A DNA stretch of 64,000 nucleotides from an uncultured virus (IMG/VR IMGVR_UViG_3300030708_001148) (taxonomy: Duplodnaviria; Heunggongvirae; Uroviricota; Caudoviricetes), in IMG/VR virus record IMGVR_UViG_3300030708_001148. One strand, given 5' to 3'. The first letter of the stretch is position 1. Every line of letters begins with the position of its first letter. Of the stretch, positions 1-8,730 are shown piece by piece. The notes beneath the pieces were generated by a model that saw only the letters and a program-made list of their open reading frames with translations, made no database searches and was not told where the DNA came from. Position numbers and translations under genes: made by a program.

Positions 1-2
1 GT

Positions 3-1901
3 AAACAAGAAACAGATAAAGCAAAGAAAATATTTTCAGATGTAATAGTGAACAACAAATATGCGAAGTTCGTACCAGAACTACATAGAAGAGAAACTTG
101 GGAAGAGATATGCATGAGGAACATGGAAATGCATCTCAAGATGGTCGAGGATAAAAATCTCACACCAGATAGAAAATCAGAGATGCAAGATAAGATACGA
201 TATGCATATGAGAACTTCATCATACCGAAGAAGATACTCCCATCAATGCGGTCAATGCAGTTCGGTGGGTTTCCTATATTCCTAGCACCAAATAGAATTT
301 ACAACTGTGCGTATCAGGCAATAGATGATATCGCGGCATTCTCAGAGACAATGTTCCTATTGTTGGGTGGAACTGGAGTTGGATATTCCGTTCAGTATCA
401 TCATGTGAGTCAACTACCTACAATCAGGAAACCCAATCCAAACAGGACTTATCGTCATTTGGTTGGTGATTCAATAGAGGGATGGGCAGAAGCAGTAAGA
501 GTATTGTTTGAGTCCTATACAGGAAAGAGAAAGACCACACCAAAGTTTGACTATTCTGATATTAGACCGAAGGGAGCATTGTTGAAAACAAGTGGTGGTC
601 GTGCGCCCGGTAGAACTCCACTAAGAAACTGTCTGACTATAATAGAGGGAATGTTGTTTGACATGCCTGAGCATCATGCTATGCAACCGATTGAGGTTCA
701 TGACATGCTATGTCACATTGCAGATGCAGTTCTAGCAGGTGGAATAAGGAGAGCCGCAATGATTTCTCTATTCAGTGCGGATGATGCAAGCATGATTAGT
801 GCTAAGTCTCCAAGTCAACTGGAACTTAATCCTCACAGAATGAGAGCGAACAATTCCGCAGTTCTTCTGAGACACAGAGTAACGAAGGAGTTCTTTGACA
901 ATCTATGGCAACAACTCAGAGAGAACAAGAGTGGAGAACCCGGTTTCTATTTCTCCAACGATAAGGATTGGGGAACAAATCCTTGTGCAGAAATCTCATT
1001 GAGAAATCACCAGTTCTGTAACTTAGTTGAGGTGAATGCAGGTGATGTTGAGAACCAAGAGGATTTGGAAGAGAGAGTAAAATACGCTACTTTTATTGGA
1101 ACACTACAAGCATCTTACACTGATTTCCACTATTTACGTGAGAGTTGGAAGACTACCACAGAAAAAGACGCACTTTTAGGTGTATCAATGACAGGCATTG
1201 CAAACAATAAGGTGCTTCATCTAGATTTAGAAAAAGCAGTACAAGTGTGCAAAGACGAGAACACAGAGGTAGCGGAACTATTGGGAATCAACCCTGCCGC
1301 TAGACTTACTTGTGTGAAACCTGCCGGAACTACTTCTTGTGTTTTGGGAACATCATCTGGTATTCATGCTTGGCATTCTGAGTATTACATAAGGACAATC
1401 AGGCTTCTGAAGAACGAACCTTTGGCTCAGTATCTAGCAGAGAAACTACCAGAACTAGTAGAGGACGACAACTGGAACTCCGAGCAGATAATCTTCTCCA
1501 TACCACAATGTGTACCGGATGATAATGTAATCACTAGAGATGAATCAGCAATGTCATTACTTGAGAGAATTGCGAAGTTCTCCAAAGAGTGGGTGAAACC
1601 GGGTCACATCAGTGGAATGAATGACCACAACGTATCCGCAACTGTGTACATTGATGAACATGAGTGGGACGTTTGCAGAGAGTGGTTCTGGGAGAACAGG
1701 TACATCTACAATGGGCTATCAGTTCTGCCTTTCGATGGTGGAGTCTATGAGCAAGCACCGTTCCAAGAGTGTGATAGGGAAACCTATGAGAAGTTCATGG
1801 GATACTTGAAAAAGATAGACCTGACTGAGATAGTGGAGATGGAGGATAACACCAATCTACAGGGTGAGTTGGCGTGTGCAGGTGGTGTTTGTGAGATATG
1901 A
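3..1901 (+). CDS. nrdJ: Class II (adenosylcobalamin-dependent) ribonucleotide reductase, 5' truncated by the window edge
   Basis: Motifs NCAY, GGTGVG, TNPCAEI, VKPAGT and C-terminal CAGGVCEI. The frame is open from base 3 (KQETDKAKKIFSDVIV), so the true start lies upstream of the window. Confidence 0.92.
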   Translation, partial: KQETDKAKKIFSDVIVNNKYAKFVPELHRRETWEEICMRNMEMHLKMVEDKNLTPDRKSEMQDKIRYAYENFIIPKKILPSMRSMQFGGFPIFLAPNRIYNCAYQAIDDIAAFSETMFLLLGGTGVGYSVQYHHVSQLPTIRKPNPNRTYRHLVGDSIEGWAEAVRVLFESYTGKRKTTPKFDYSDIRPKGALLKTSGGRAPGRTPLRNCLTIIEGMLFDMPEHHAMQPIEVHDMLCHIADAVLAGGIRRAAMISLFSADDASMISAKSPSQLELNPHRMRANNSAVLLRHRVTKEFFDNLWQQLRENKSGEPGFYFSNDKDWGTNPCAEISLRNHQFCNLVEVNAGDVENQEDLEERVKYATFIGTLQASYTDFHYLRESWKTTTEKDALLGVSMTGIANNKVLHLDLEKAVQVCKDENTEVAELLGINPAARLTCVKPAGTTSCVLGTSSGIHAWHSEYYIRTIRLLKNEPLAQYLAEKLPELVEDDNWNSEQIIFSIPQCVPDDNVITRDESAMSLLERIAKFSKEWVKPGHISGMNDHNVSATVYIDEHEWDVCREWFWENRYIYNGLSVLPFDGGVYEQAPFQECDRETYEKFMGYLKKIDLTEIVEMEDNTNLQGELACAGGVCEI

Positions 1902-2200
1902 CTTGGACAGGTAGCAGACAACAGTTCCTTGAAATCAAGGATGAGGTAATGGAGTATGCTAAGATGGGAGGATGTGATGTCACTAGTCCTTACAGAATGT
2001 TAGCACAAAGCACAACGTCAACGAGATACGCTAAAGGAAGAATACGAACGATTCTGCGGAAGGCTTCGCAGGAATTAGAGGGAAATGATAGACCCCGACA
2101 TAGTAATTTGATACTAAAAGATATTTACGAATATAAACAATATAAGGAGAGAAATGAAAATGAAAGTGAAAATAAGAATAAGACAACCGGGAACAGGTAG
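1898..2200 (+). CDS. Hypothetical protein
   Basis: ATGA-coupled to nrdJ; 100 aa; no recognisable motif. Confidence 0.6.
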   Translation: MTWTGSRQQFLEIKDEVMEYAKMGGCDVTSPYRMLAQSTTSTRYAKGRIRTILRKASQELEGNDRPRHSNLILKDIYEYKQYKERNENESENKNKTTGNR

Positions 2201-3458
2201 GGCAAACTACAATCAAACTAGTTTTCTTTTGAAACATAATCGAAAAGATAGCGATAGCGTTGGTTCCATTAATCAATTCGGTGAGATAGTTGTAACTAGT
2301 GAGAGAGGTAACTATACCTATGGGACGAAAGACGAAGACCCTGTGTTTGAGTCACTGTCTAAGACTCTAGACAAGATGCTGTTTATCCGCTATGGTCAAG
2401 TAAAACTTGACGAGTTCATGTTTATGCTAACTTATCGTTATCCTGATGGTAATGTTATGCTAATGGGTTTGAAGGAATCTGGGTTCACATTGAATGGTAG
2501 GAAGATGTCAAAGGCTGTGATGTTGAGTATCTTATCCAGAGTGGTCTATCGTTCTTGTTTCTGTGACAGTGCGATAGTACTAAACTCATACATACAGTCT
2601 TTGATGGAGGTTCCTCCGAATGTTAGATATGCCATAGAGAACAAGTGTCCGTATTACTTCTTTCCACCTAATGAAACGAATCCTTACAGGAGAAGCAAGG
2701 TAGAGGTCAGACTATCCGTAAGAAGGATATCAAAAACACATTGTGCGATGGAGTTATCAGAAAACATCTGGGCTTCGATTGGTATCAAGGAACTTGACCA
2801 GTTCTTGAATGTCTATAGGAGAAACAAGAGACAGTCAAAGAGGTGGGTGGATATCAGTCCCAAGAATCTCTGGATTGAACTGTTTGGTGAAACTCCCTCT
2901 GATAGTGAGCATAAGATGATGGTTGCTTGGATGCTACAGAATAGAACTGATAAGATGATTGAGGATACTGCTAAGGGATTGATGTGGGAAGTCGCTAGGG
3001 AGAACGATAACATCAACACATTCTACTTTGGTAAGAAGCAGGAGGATGGTAAGTTTGTCAAGGGAACTAGAAAGTTAGGTATGTTAGTCAGTGGTCAACT
3101 GTGTGATTGGGTTCTCATTGAGAATGCGGCGGCTAAGACTTCACCACAGAGAGTTAGTATCTATTGTTTCCATGAAGACCCAGAGAGAGTGGATAAGACC
3201 ACAACTCATATCTCCAAGAAGAAGTTCTTGAATGGTGAGTTGCATGGTCCCATTTGTGTGAACAACTCAGTAGGTAATGTAAGTCTTGGCGACCAATTCG
3301 TATCAAGAGTATTCACTCTGATGAATGATAGGCTTGCATTACAGAAGGTAGGTACACTGAGAGGATATATACCATCAGACGCTTTATCTGGTAAGCCACA
3401 TAGAATCAACATGAAGTCCTATGCCAAGTGGACATCAGGGAAGGGGAAAAAGAAATGA
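2154..3458 (+). CDS. Hypothetical protein, 434 aa
   Basis: Long ORF in the operon; C-terminal GPICVNN...GDQF...LMND segment; function not recognised. Confidence 0.7.
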   Translation: MKMKVKIRIRQPGTGRANYNQTSFLLKHNRKDSDSVGSINQFGEIVVTSERGNYTYGTKDEDPVFESLSKTLDKMLFIRYGQVKLDEFMFMLTYRYPDGNVMLMGLKESGFTLNGRKMSKAVMLSILSRVVYRSCFCDSAIVLNSYIQSLMEVPPNVRYAIENKCPYYFFPPNETNPYRRSKVEVRLSVRRISKTHCAMELSENIWASIGIKELDQFLNVYRRNKRQSKRWVDISPKNLWIELFGETPSDSEHKMMVAWMLQNRTDKMIEDTAKGLMWEVARENDNINTFYFGKKQEDGKFVKGTRKLGMLVSGQLCDWVLIENAAAKTSPQRVSIYCFHEDPERVDKTTTHISKKKFLNGELHGPICVNNSVGNVSLGDQFVSRVFTLMNDRLALQKVGTLRGYIPSDALSGKPHRINMKSYAKWTSGKGKKK

Positions 3459-4453
3459 GATGTCCAGAATGTAATTCGACTCAAAGAGAATACAATGAGT
3501 CACTTGGTGAAACATGTTGTGTTTCATGTGGGTTGGTTCTCTCTTGGAATCCAATAGAAGAGTTCAGTGTAATATCTACTGCTAAAGAGGATACGATAAC
3601 GAAGACTCTTACCACTCAGAGACTATTGAGTAATGGTTCCAATGCGTTTGTGACTAATGATGGGTTAGGTTCTACAATTATTCCTAGTGATTCAAAGTCT
3701 AGGAGATTGGCATACACACAACTCAGAGCCTCTAGCAGTTATCGTGGTGGTCTGTCTAGCACGGACAAACACATGATTGTCTTGGTGAAGAATCATCTCC
3801 ATCAATATGGTATGAACAGTTTCGATAATTCCAAGAAGTATCTTGATGCTACGATGTCCTTGAAGAAGAGACTATCAGAGATGAACAAACTCAGGGGTTA
3901 TTCTGTTGAGGTTAGGGCATCTGTGCTATTGTACTTGATACTAAAGCAAGACAACCTAACTAGTCTGACTAGACACTCAAAGATAACTGGTATTAGTAAG
4001 AAGAAACTCTCAAAGTTAGGTAGAATGTTTGCTAGGCACATGGCTACGCCACAAATCTTCTCCGCGATTACTAATACTAAGATGATGGGCGACCATCTAG
4101 ATTTACTACAATCAAATGGTATCGTGATTGACCCAGAACTAAGAGGCGATTGCTATATCTTATCCGATTTCGTGGCAAAGGAATTGGATGATAGGGACTT
4201 ACCCTACAAGAACTCTACAAACGCAACTGTGATTTGGATGGTATCTCAAATCAGAGAAGCAGGACTATTGCAGAGGGATATATGTTCAGTGAATAACACT
4301 ACTGAACAGACGATTCGTGGAGCATTGAGAAACATATTGTATCCCACGTTAGACTTCGACAAACAATGTTTGTCTGAATTGACAGTCGAAGATTTCGTTT
4401 CCGGTATTAGAACGGAAGCATACAGACAAAGAAAAAAAGGTGAAAAAGAATGA
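3455..4453 (+). CDS. tfb: Transcription initiation factor TFB/TFIIB-like protein
   Basis: N-terminal zinc ribbon CPEC...CVSCG, GLGSTI linker-like motif, C-terminal cyclin/HTH-like QRDIC...TEQTIR. ATG at 3455 overlaps the upstream stop (ATGA). Confidence 0.82.
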   Translation: MRCPECNSTQREYNESLGETCCVSCGLVLSWNPIEEFSVISTAKEDTITKTLTTQRLLSNGSNAFVTNDGLGSTIIPSDSKSRRLAYTQLRASSSYRGGLSSTDKHMIVLVKNHLHQYGMNSFDNSKKYLDATMSLKKRLSEMNKLRGYSVEVRASVLLYLILKQDNLTSLTRHSKITGISKKKLSKLGRMFARHMATPQIFSAITNTKMMGDHLDLLQSNGIVIDPELRGDCYILSDFVAKELDDRDLPYKNSTNATVIWMVSQIREAGLLQRDICSVNNTTEQTIRGALRNILYPTLDFDKQCLSELTVEDFVSGIRTEAYRQRKKGEKE

Positions 4454-5025
4454 GAAAAATAATGATAATTGGTGCAGGAGGAATTGGGAGTTTCCTAGTT
4501 TCATTCCTAGATAGAATAGGGTTGTATGATATTACAATCTATGATGATGACCTTGTGGAAAACAAGAACCTGACATATCAGAACTACGGTCTGATTGATG
4601 TAGGGGATAAGAAAGTGGATGCGATTGTTAGAAAGTCGTTCAATGTCACAGGAGAACCATACTTCGTATTAGTGAAGGAACAACTGGCAAATTATGACCT
4701 AATTGTTTGTTGTGCAGATAACCTTGCAGTAAGGCGTTTGTTGTACAAGGAGGGTCATGGTGAGGATATAGAAAACAAGTGGCTAGATTTGCGCTCACAA
4801 GGGCGAAATGCGGCATTGATATCCTACAAGACAGACCCGACTCTGATGGATTCAATGCTTGAGGGACCGGAAGGTTCCTTCTCCTGTCAAGGTACGGATT
4901 GGGAAGGAGAAGCAGAGGGAATTGATGCCATGCACATAGCAATAGCAGGTGCGGCAACACAATGGATTCAGAAGTGGTTCAACGACAACGATGATGTTAT
5001 TGATAAGATGGTGATGAATATATGA
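4450..5025 (+). CDS. ThiF/MoeB/E1-like adenylyltransferase
   Basis: IIGAGGIGS nucleotide-binding loop, DDDLVENKNLTYQ, CCADN...RR; candidate thioester Cys in SFSCQ. Confidence 0.88.
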   Translation: MRKIMIIGAGGIGSFLVSFLDRIGLYDITIYDDDLVENKNLTYQNYGLIDVGDKKVDAIVRKSFNVTGEPYFVLVKEQLANYDLIVCCADNLAVRRLLYKEGHGEDIENKWLDLRSQGRNAALISYKTDPTLMDSMLEGPEGSFSCQGTDWEGEAEGIDAMHIAIAGAATQWIQKWFNDNDDVIDKMVMNI

Positions 5026-5546
5026 AATGCAAATTAGGAAGAGGGAGTATGAACACTGAATGCGATGAGAACGGAGATTTCAGAGATGGTTGGAAAAACT
5101 GTTCCATATGTGGAGAGACAGATTGGGATTCTCTCTTTGAGAACGTCTTTCCTCCATTGGAGGTGATGGACTTGATTACCCAAGACGAAGTTCTAATGGA
5201 TAAGTTAGGAGACATAGAGGCTGAACACTTTGAGAGGACATACCCAGATATGACTGAGACTCAATTGCTAAAGTACGCGCATTTCTGGACTCCAGAATAT
5301 ATTGCTAGACAATCATCTAGTGATGAACCATTTGCAGAATATCTAGCAGACAGGCATTCTGTGGTAAGTTGTCTAGTAGGTTCTCTTAGTAGAGTTAAAA
5401 GAATGGAGTTGTTTATTACTGCTCATGACTATATCTTTGATACGAAATGGAGAGAGAAGTATGCCGAATGGCAAATGGAAAGAGCAACAAAGGACTACAG
5501 GGAACTACAACTGAGAAAGGCACTAATGGGTGATTTTGATGAGTGA
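5022..5546 (+). CDS. Hypothetical protein with a CxxC motif
   Basis: Coupled ORF; CSIC motif. Confidence 0.6.
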   Translation: MKCKLGRGSMNTECDENGDFRDGWKNCSICGETDWDSLFENVFPPLEVMDLITQDEVLMDKLGDIEAEHFERTYPDMTETQLLKYAHFWTPEYIARQSSSDEPFAEYLADRHSVVSCLVGSLSRVKRMELFITAHDYIFDTKWREKYAEWQMERATKDYRELQLRKALMGDFDE

Positions 5547-5787
5547 AGAAGACGAGATAAGAGAAGACCAACAGTTAGGTGAGGAAGATGTCAATGAGAT
5601 AATTGACCTGCTTTGCCAAGATGGATTGTACAAGCGAGCAGAGATAGTGAAAGTGTACTGTCCAGTATGTGGTGAGGAATTCATAGGAACTAAGAGACAT
5701 GCAGGAGGATTCATTGCAGGTCATCAGGCATTCCATGAGTTTGAGAATAATCAAGATGTAATGATGATACAAATGGGAGGACAATAA
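5539..5787 (+). CDS. Small acidic C2H2-like zinc-finger protein ending in GGQ
   Basis: CPVC...HQAFH; C-terminus MIQMGGQ; ATG at 5539 follows GGTGA. Confidence 0.65.
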   Translation: MSEEDEIREDQQLGEEDVNEIIDLLCQDGLYKRAEIVKVYCPVCGEEFIGTKRHAGGFIAGHQAFHEFENNQDVMMIQMGGQ

Positions 5788-5788
5788 A

Positions 5789-6454
5789 ATGGGAAGAATG
5801 AGTGATAAACAAATTGAAGATGCAGAAAGAGATGAAAAGAGAATAGATGATGCCTATGATGAGTTCTTAGTGGATGAGGCTTATGCGATTGCCCATCCTA
5901 AGATACCAGAATGGGAAGATAGGATTAGGAGAGTCTGGGAGTCAATACTGAAAATGGGAATAACACCTAATTTCTACAACCCCGATACCTATGTTGAGAA
6001 TACGTTCCTATCTGAGATATGGCACATGTCAACACAGGCATTTGAGAAACCAAGAGAGATACAAGTGGTAGTGGGAGCAAATGACAGGTTATTCATCAGT
6101 GTAGGAACACCTAGTTTCGTGGACTTCAAGGATGCACCAGTTGGATTGAAACTACCAATCAAGTCATGGATTCACACACATCCATCTGGTAGTGCCTTTT
6201 TCAGTGGCACAGATTGGAGGACAATCAAGGCTTTTGAACCTGTGATGCAATCCGCTATTGTATTAGGTGACAATCAATATTGGGCGTACAACATCAAGAG
6301 TCGTATCGTTAAGCAAGTTAAGTTCGGTACATTGGAATTCCCAGAATCTGTTGCTGAACAACTGAAAAGATACGAAAATACAAACACACCAAGACCAGAA
6401 CGAGCAATGTACAATACTCCTGTCGAGAAAACAAAGGAGGGAGTGGAATTATGA
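5789..6454 (+). CDS. JAB/MPN+ (JAMM) metalloprotease
   Basis: Upstream Glu (REIQV) and JAMM motif HTHPSGSAFFSGTD (HxHx7SxxD). Confidence 0.88.
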   Translation: MGRMSDKQIEDAERDEKRIDDAYDEFLVDEAYAIAHPKIPEWEDRIRRVWESILKMGITPNFYNPDTYVENTFLSEIWHMSTQAFEKPREIQVVVGANDRLFISVGTPSFVDFKDAPVGLKLPIKSWIHTHPSGSAFFSGTDWRTIKAFEPVMQSAIVLGDNQYWAYNIKSRIVKQVKFGTLEFPESVAEQLKRYENTNTPRPERAMYNTPVEKTKEGVEL

Positions 6455-6750
6455 ATGGAAAAATAAGACAATTTAAACAACAATTGACCTGCGAATGCCC
6501 CGGATATCCTAAGATGGTAAAGTCTGTGGGAAGAAACAAGGACTCACCAAGAGTGCTTTGTGAGAGAACAATCACAATATCACTGAAACTTGGGCAGTCC
6601 TATCAACAGAACGGTAGAGAGATATCGAGAACCTTAGAGGATAAGGGTTGGCATAAACTCAAGACATTGGGTGTGTTTCAGAACTTCTGCCCTACTTGTT
6701 CTAAGGTTATCCTAGATATGAGGAAACGCAACAAGGAGGTTTGGGGATGA
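6451..6750 (+). CDS. Hypothetical zinc-binding protein
   Basis: CEC/C and FCPTC motifs; coupled start. Confidence 0.6.
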   Translation: MNGKIRQFKQQLTCECPGYPKMVKSVGRNKDSPRVLCERTITISLKLGQSYQQNGREISRTLEDKGWHKLKTLGVFQNFCPTCSKVILDMRKRNKEVWG

Positions 6751-6989
6751 CTCTTTGGCCTAATCCTTTGGAACACTTCAACACCTTTCGTGATGTGGAG
6801 AAGTTCCTACAGTTATCCTTCACTGAGATAAACGACAAGATGTCTGAGATAGAAAAAAACATGTCAGCAGTTGATGATGGAGTGACTTATGAATGGGTAC
6901 AGGAACACATAGGTGAGAAAGTCAACGAACTACTGGCTAAGATAGATGAATTGGAACTTAGAATAAAGGAGTTGGAAAACAATGAGTAG
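6747..6989 (+). CDS. Hypothetical coiled-coil protein
   Basis: ATGA-coupled; heptad-like E/K/L-rich C-terminus. Confidence 0.6.
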   Translation: MTLWPNPLEHFNTFRDVEKFLQLSFTEINDKMSEIEKNMSAVDDGVTYEWVQEHIGEKVNELLAKIDELELRIKELENNE

Positions 6990-7257
6990 ATGGTTAGTAG
7001 GAATGAGTGGAGACAAGGATGCTATGATAAGACATCTTGAGAAGTGCGAGAAGAGGATGTTGGAGCAGTTCGCACAGATAAAGGAGATAGCGAAATCAGG
7101 CAAGGCTGAATGCAACACAGCGTTGGATGACATAATCGAACTATGCGATGTGTATCTTGACAAGCGTAGTGACAAGCAGAAGATGCAAGACCAAATAGAT
7201 GAGATGCAAAAGAAGATTGAGAAAATGGCAGGTGATTCAGAATGCGGATGCTGTTAG
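6982..7257 (+). CDS. Hypothetical coiled-coil protein
   Basis: Coupled ORF with helical composition. Confidence 0.6.
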   Translation: MSRWLVGMSGDKDAMIRHLEKCEKRMLEQFAQIKEIAKSGKAECNTALDDIIELCDVYLDKRSDKQKMQDQIDEMQKKIEKMAGDSECGCC

Positions 7258-7625
7258 TTCTATTGCTAATCAGTCCTGCACTAGCAGGTTGTGCTGAGAT
7301 GATACCTGACCCACCAGTTGAGGGCAATGACCCATTGTGGGATACTGAGTATCATAATTTTACATATGAAGATACGAACAACAGTACGCTACCCGTAATT
7401 TCGTTTGGTGATAACTCCACTCTAGTTGAGATTTTCTCGGCTAGTGTTATGCTGTATAACGAAACAGTTAATCTAACTGTGGACATGAAGCCTTATTTCT
7501 CAATGGGTGATGTGATGTTTCAAACAGGATTTGCTCCTGACATGGGGAGCGTCACTTTGAATCTCATGGATTTGAAAGGCTATGATTACAATTGCACAGT
7601 TACGTATAGGCTGTGGAAACTATGA
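7242..7625 (+). CDS. Putative lipoprotein
   Basis: Signal peptide MRMLLVLLLISPA followed by lipobox LAGC; several NxS/T sequons. Confidence 0.7.
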   Translation: MRMLLVLLLISPALAGCAEMIPDPPVEGNDPLWDTEYHNFTYEDTNNSTLPVISFGDNSTLVEIFSASVMLYNETVNLTVDMKPYFSMGDVMFQTGFAPDMGSVTLNLMDLKGYDYNCTVTYRLWKL

Positions 7626-7921
7626 CTTGGGAAAAGGTATTGAAGGAAGAGTTTGAGCAACATGAGGAATGGGCATCTGATGACGGTCAAGCCACAGGTA
7701 ATGCTCATTTAACAAAATATGATGGAGAATGGCATTGGATGATAGATGAATTCGGTATAGAAGATACTGGAAAGGGGAAGGGCCAAACCTATCTTGAAGA
7801 GTTTCTAGAACATCTAGAATCTGTTATGGAAACAGGAAACATGGCATTAGTAAGCACTATGGCTAGTAAAGCGGTTTCCTTTTGGGAAAGAATGGAAGCA
7901 GAAGGTTTAGTGATTGTATGA
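7622..7921 (+). CDS. GNAT-like acetyltransferase fold protein with a W-x-x-V-L-K leader
   Basis: TGKGKGQTYL resembles GNAT motif A and AVSFWERM resembles motif B; begins MTWEKVLKE. Confidence 0.55.
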   Translation: MTWEKVLKEEFEQHEEWASDDGQATGNAHLTKYDGEWHWMIDEFGIEDTGKGKGQTYLEEFLEHLESVMETGNMALVSTMASKAVSFWERMEAEGLVIV

Positions 7922-8313
7922 AACAAGCCGTGACAGTAAATTTCCCCGCACCACTACCTGCGAAGATACCTTGTCCTATTTGTGAGGGAAACAAGTGTCA
8001 CGTATGTCAGATGAAAGGTAAGATTGAGGTCACGGTAGACGCAAAGGTTCCAATCCAAAGGCATTTGATAGTTAGATACGTTGCTGAACATATGAATGAG
8101 GTAGCGTTTGAACTGTCAAAGCACTTTGGATTGGTTCCTGAAGTGGAGACTGTAGAGATGTTCGATGTAAATAATGCCACTTATGAATTGACTAAAGTAA
8201 GTAGTCTGGGTGGTGTGATTTGGATTGCAAATAGAGTGGACGAACTTGAATCACCACGATATTTCAAATCGTATTCGGAGATAAAGGAATTCAAGAAGGG
8301 GATGATAGGATGA
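7918..8313 (+). CDS. Zinc-finger protein
   Basis: CPICEGNKCHVC; ATG at 7918 coupled to the upstream stop. Confidence 0.6.
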   Translation: MKQAVTVNFPAPLPAKIPCPICEGNKCHVCQMKGKIEVTVDAKVPIQRHLIVRYVAEHMNEVAFELSKHFGLVPEVETVEMFDVNNATYELTKVSSLGGVIWIANRVDELESPRYFKSYSEIKEFKKGMIG

Positions 8314-8546
8314 AAGACGAAAAACTTGTAGCAAGAATAACCCGTAGTGCTACACAGGAAATACAAATTAAGACGGGTGAGTATTGGAACATTCCAATAA
8401 TAGATATTCGATGGTATAATGATGGTCTACCAACGAAGAAAGGAATAAGAGTTAACCATCAAGAATTGGAGACACTAATCCAAGCATTGGAGAGAATTGA
8501 AAATGTCAATAAGTATAAGAGAAATGAAAAAGAAATTGAAGAATGA
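8310..8546 (+). CDS. PC4/Sub1-like ssDNA-binding protein
   Basis: IDIRWY...PTKKGI, matching the PC4 signature (DIRxxY...PxxKGIxL). Confidence 0.78.
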   Translation: MKDEKLVARITRSATQEIQIKTGEYWNIPIIDIRWYNDGLPTKKGIRVNHQELETLIQALERIENVNKYKRNEKEIEE

Positions 8547-8730
8547 ATTAGATGTTGGAACTTTTGTAAACGATAGTGCGTATGAGGCACTGAGAAAATA
8601 TGCAGATGGTATGCTTACTTTAGTTTGTAAGGAAACTGCTAAAGTTTTCAAGGAAAGCGATGATAGAAAGGTGACTGATGGTCATGTTCTACTTGCTATA
8701 GTCAACATGGAAGGAGGCAATGAAGAATGA
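8503..8730 (+). CDS. Histone-fold protein (archaeal histone-like)
   Basis: About 75 aa; VNDSAYEAL, a long central helix and RKVTDGHVLLA align by eye with the HMf-type pattern VSDDARIAL...RKTIKAEDIELA. Confidence 0.68.
   Translation: MSISIREMKKKLKNELDVGTFVNDSAYEALRKYADGMLTLVCKETAKVFKESDDRKVTDGHVLLAIVNMEGGNEE

Noticed and set aside
5539..5787. True Pup homologue
   Set aside because: Only the GGQ end resembles Pup; the protein has a zinc finger and there is no PafA/Dop gene. Kept only as a weak modifier candidate.
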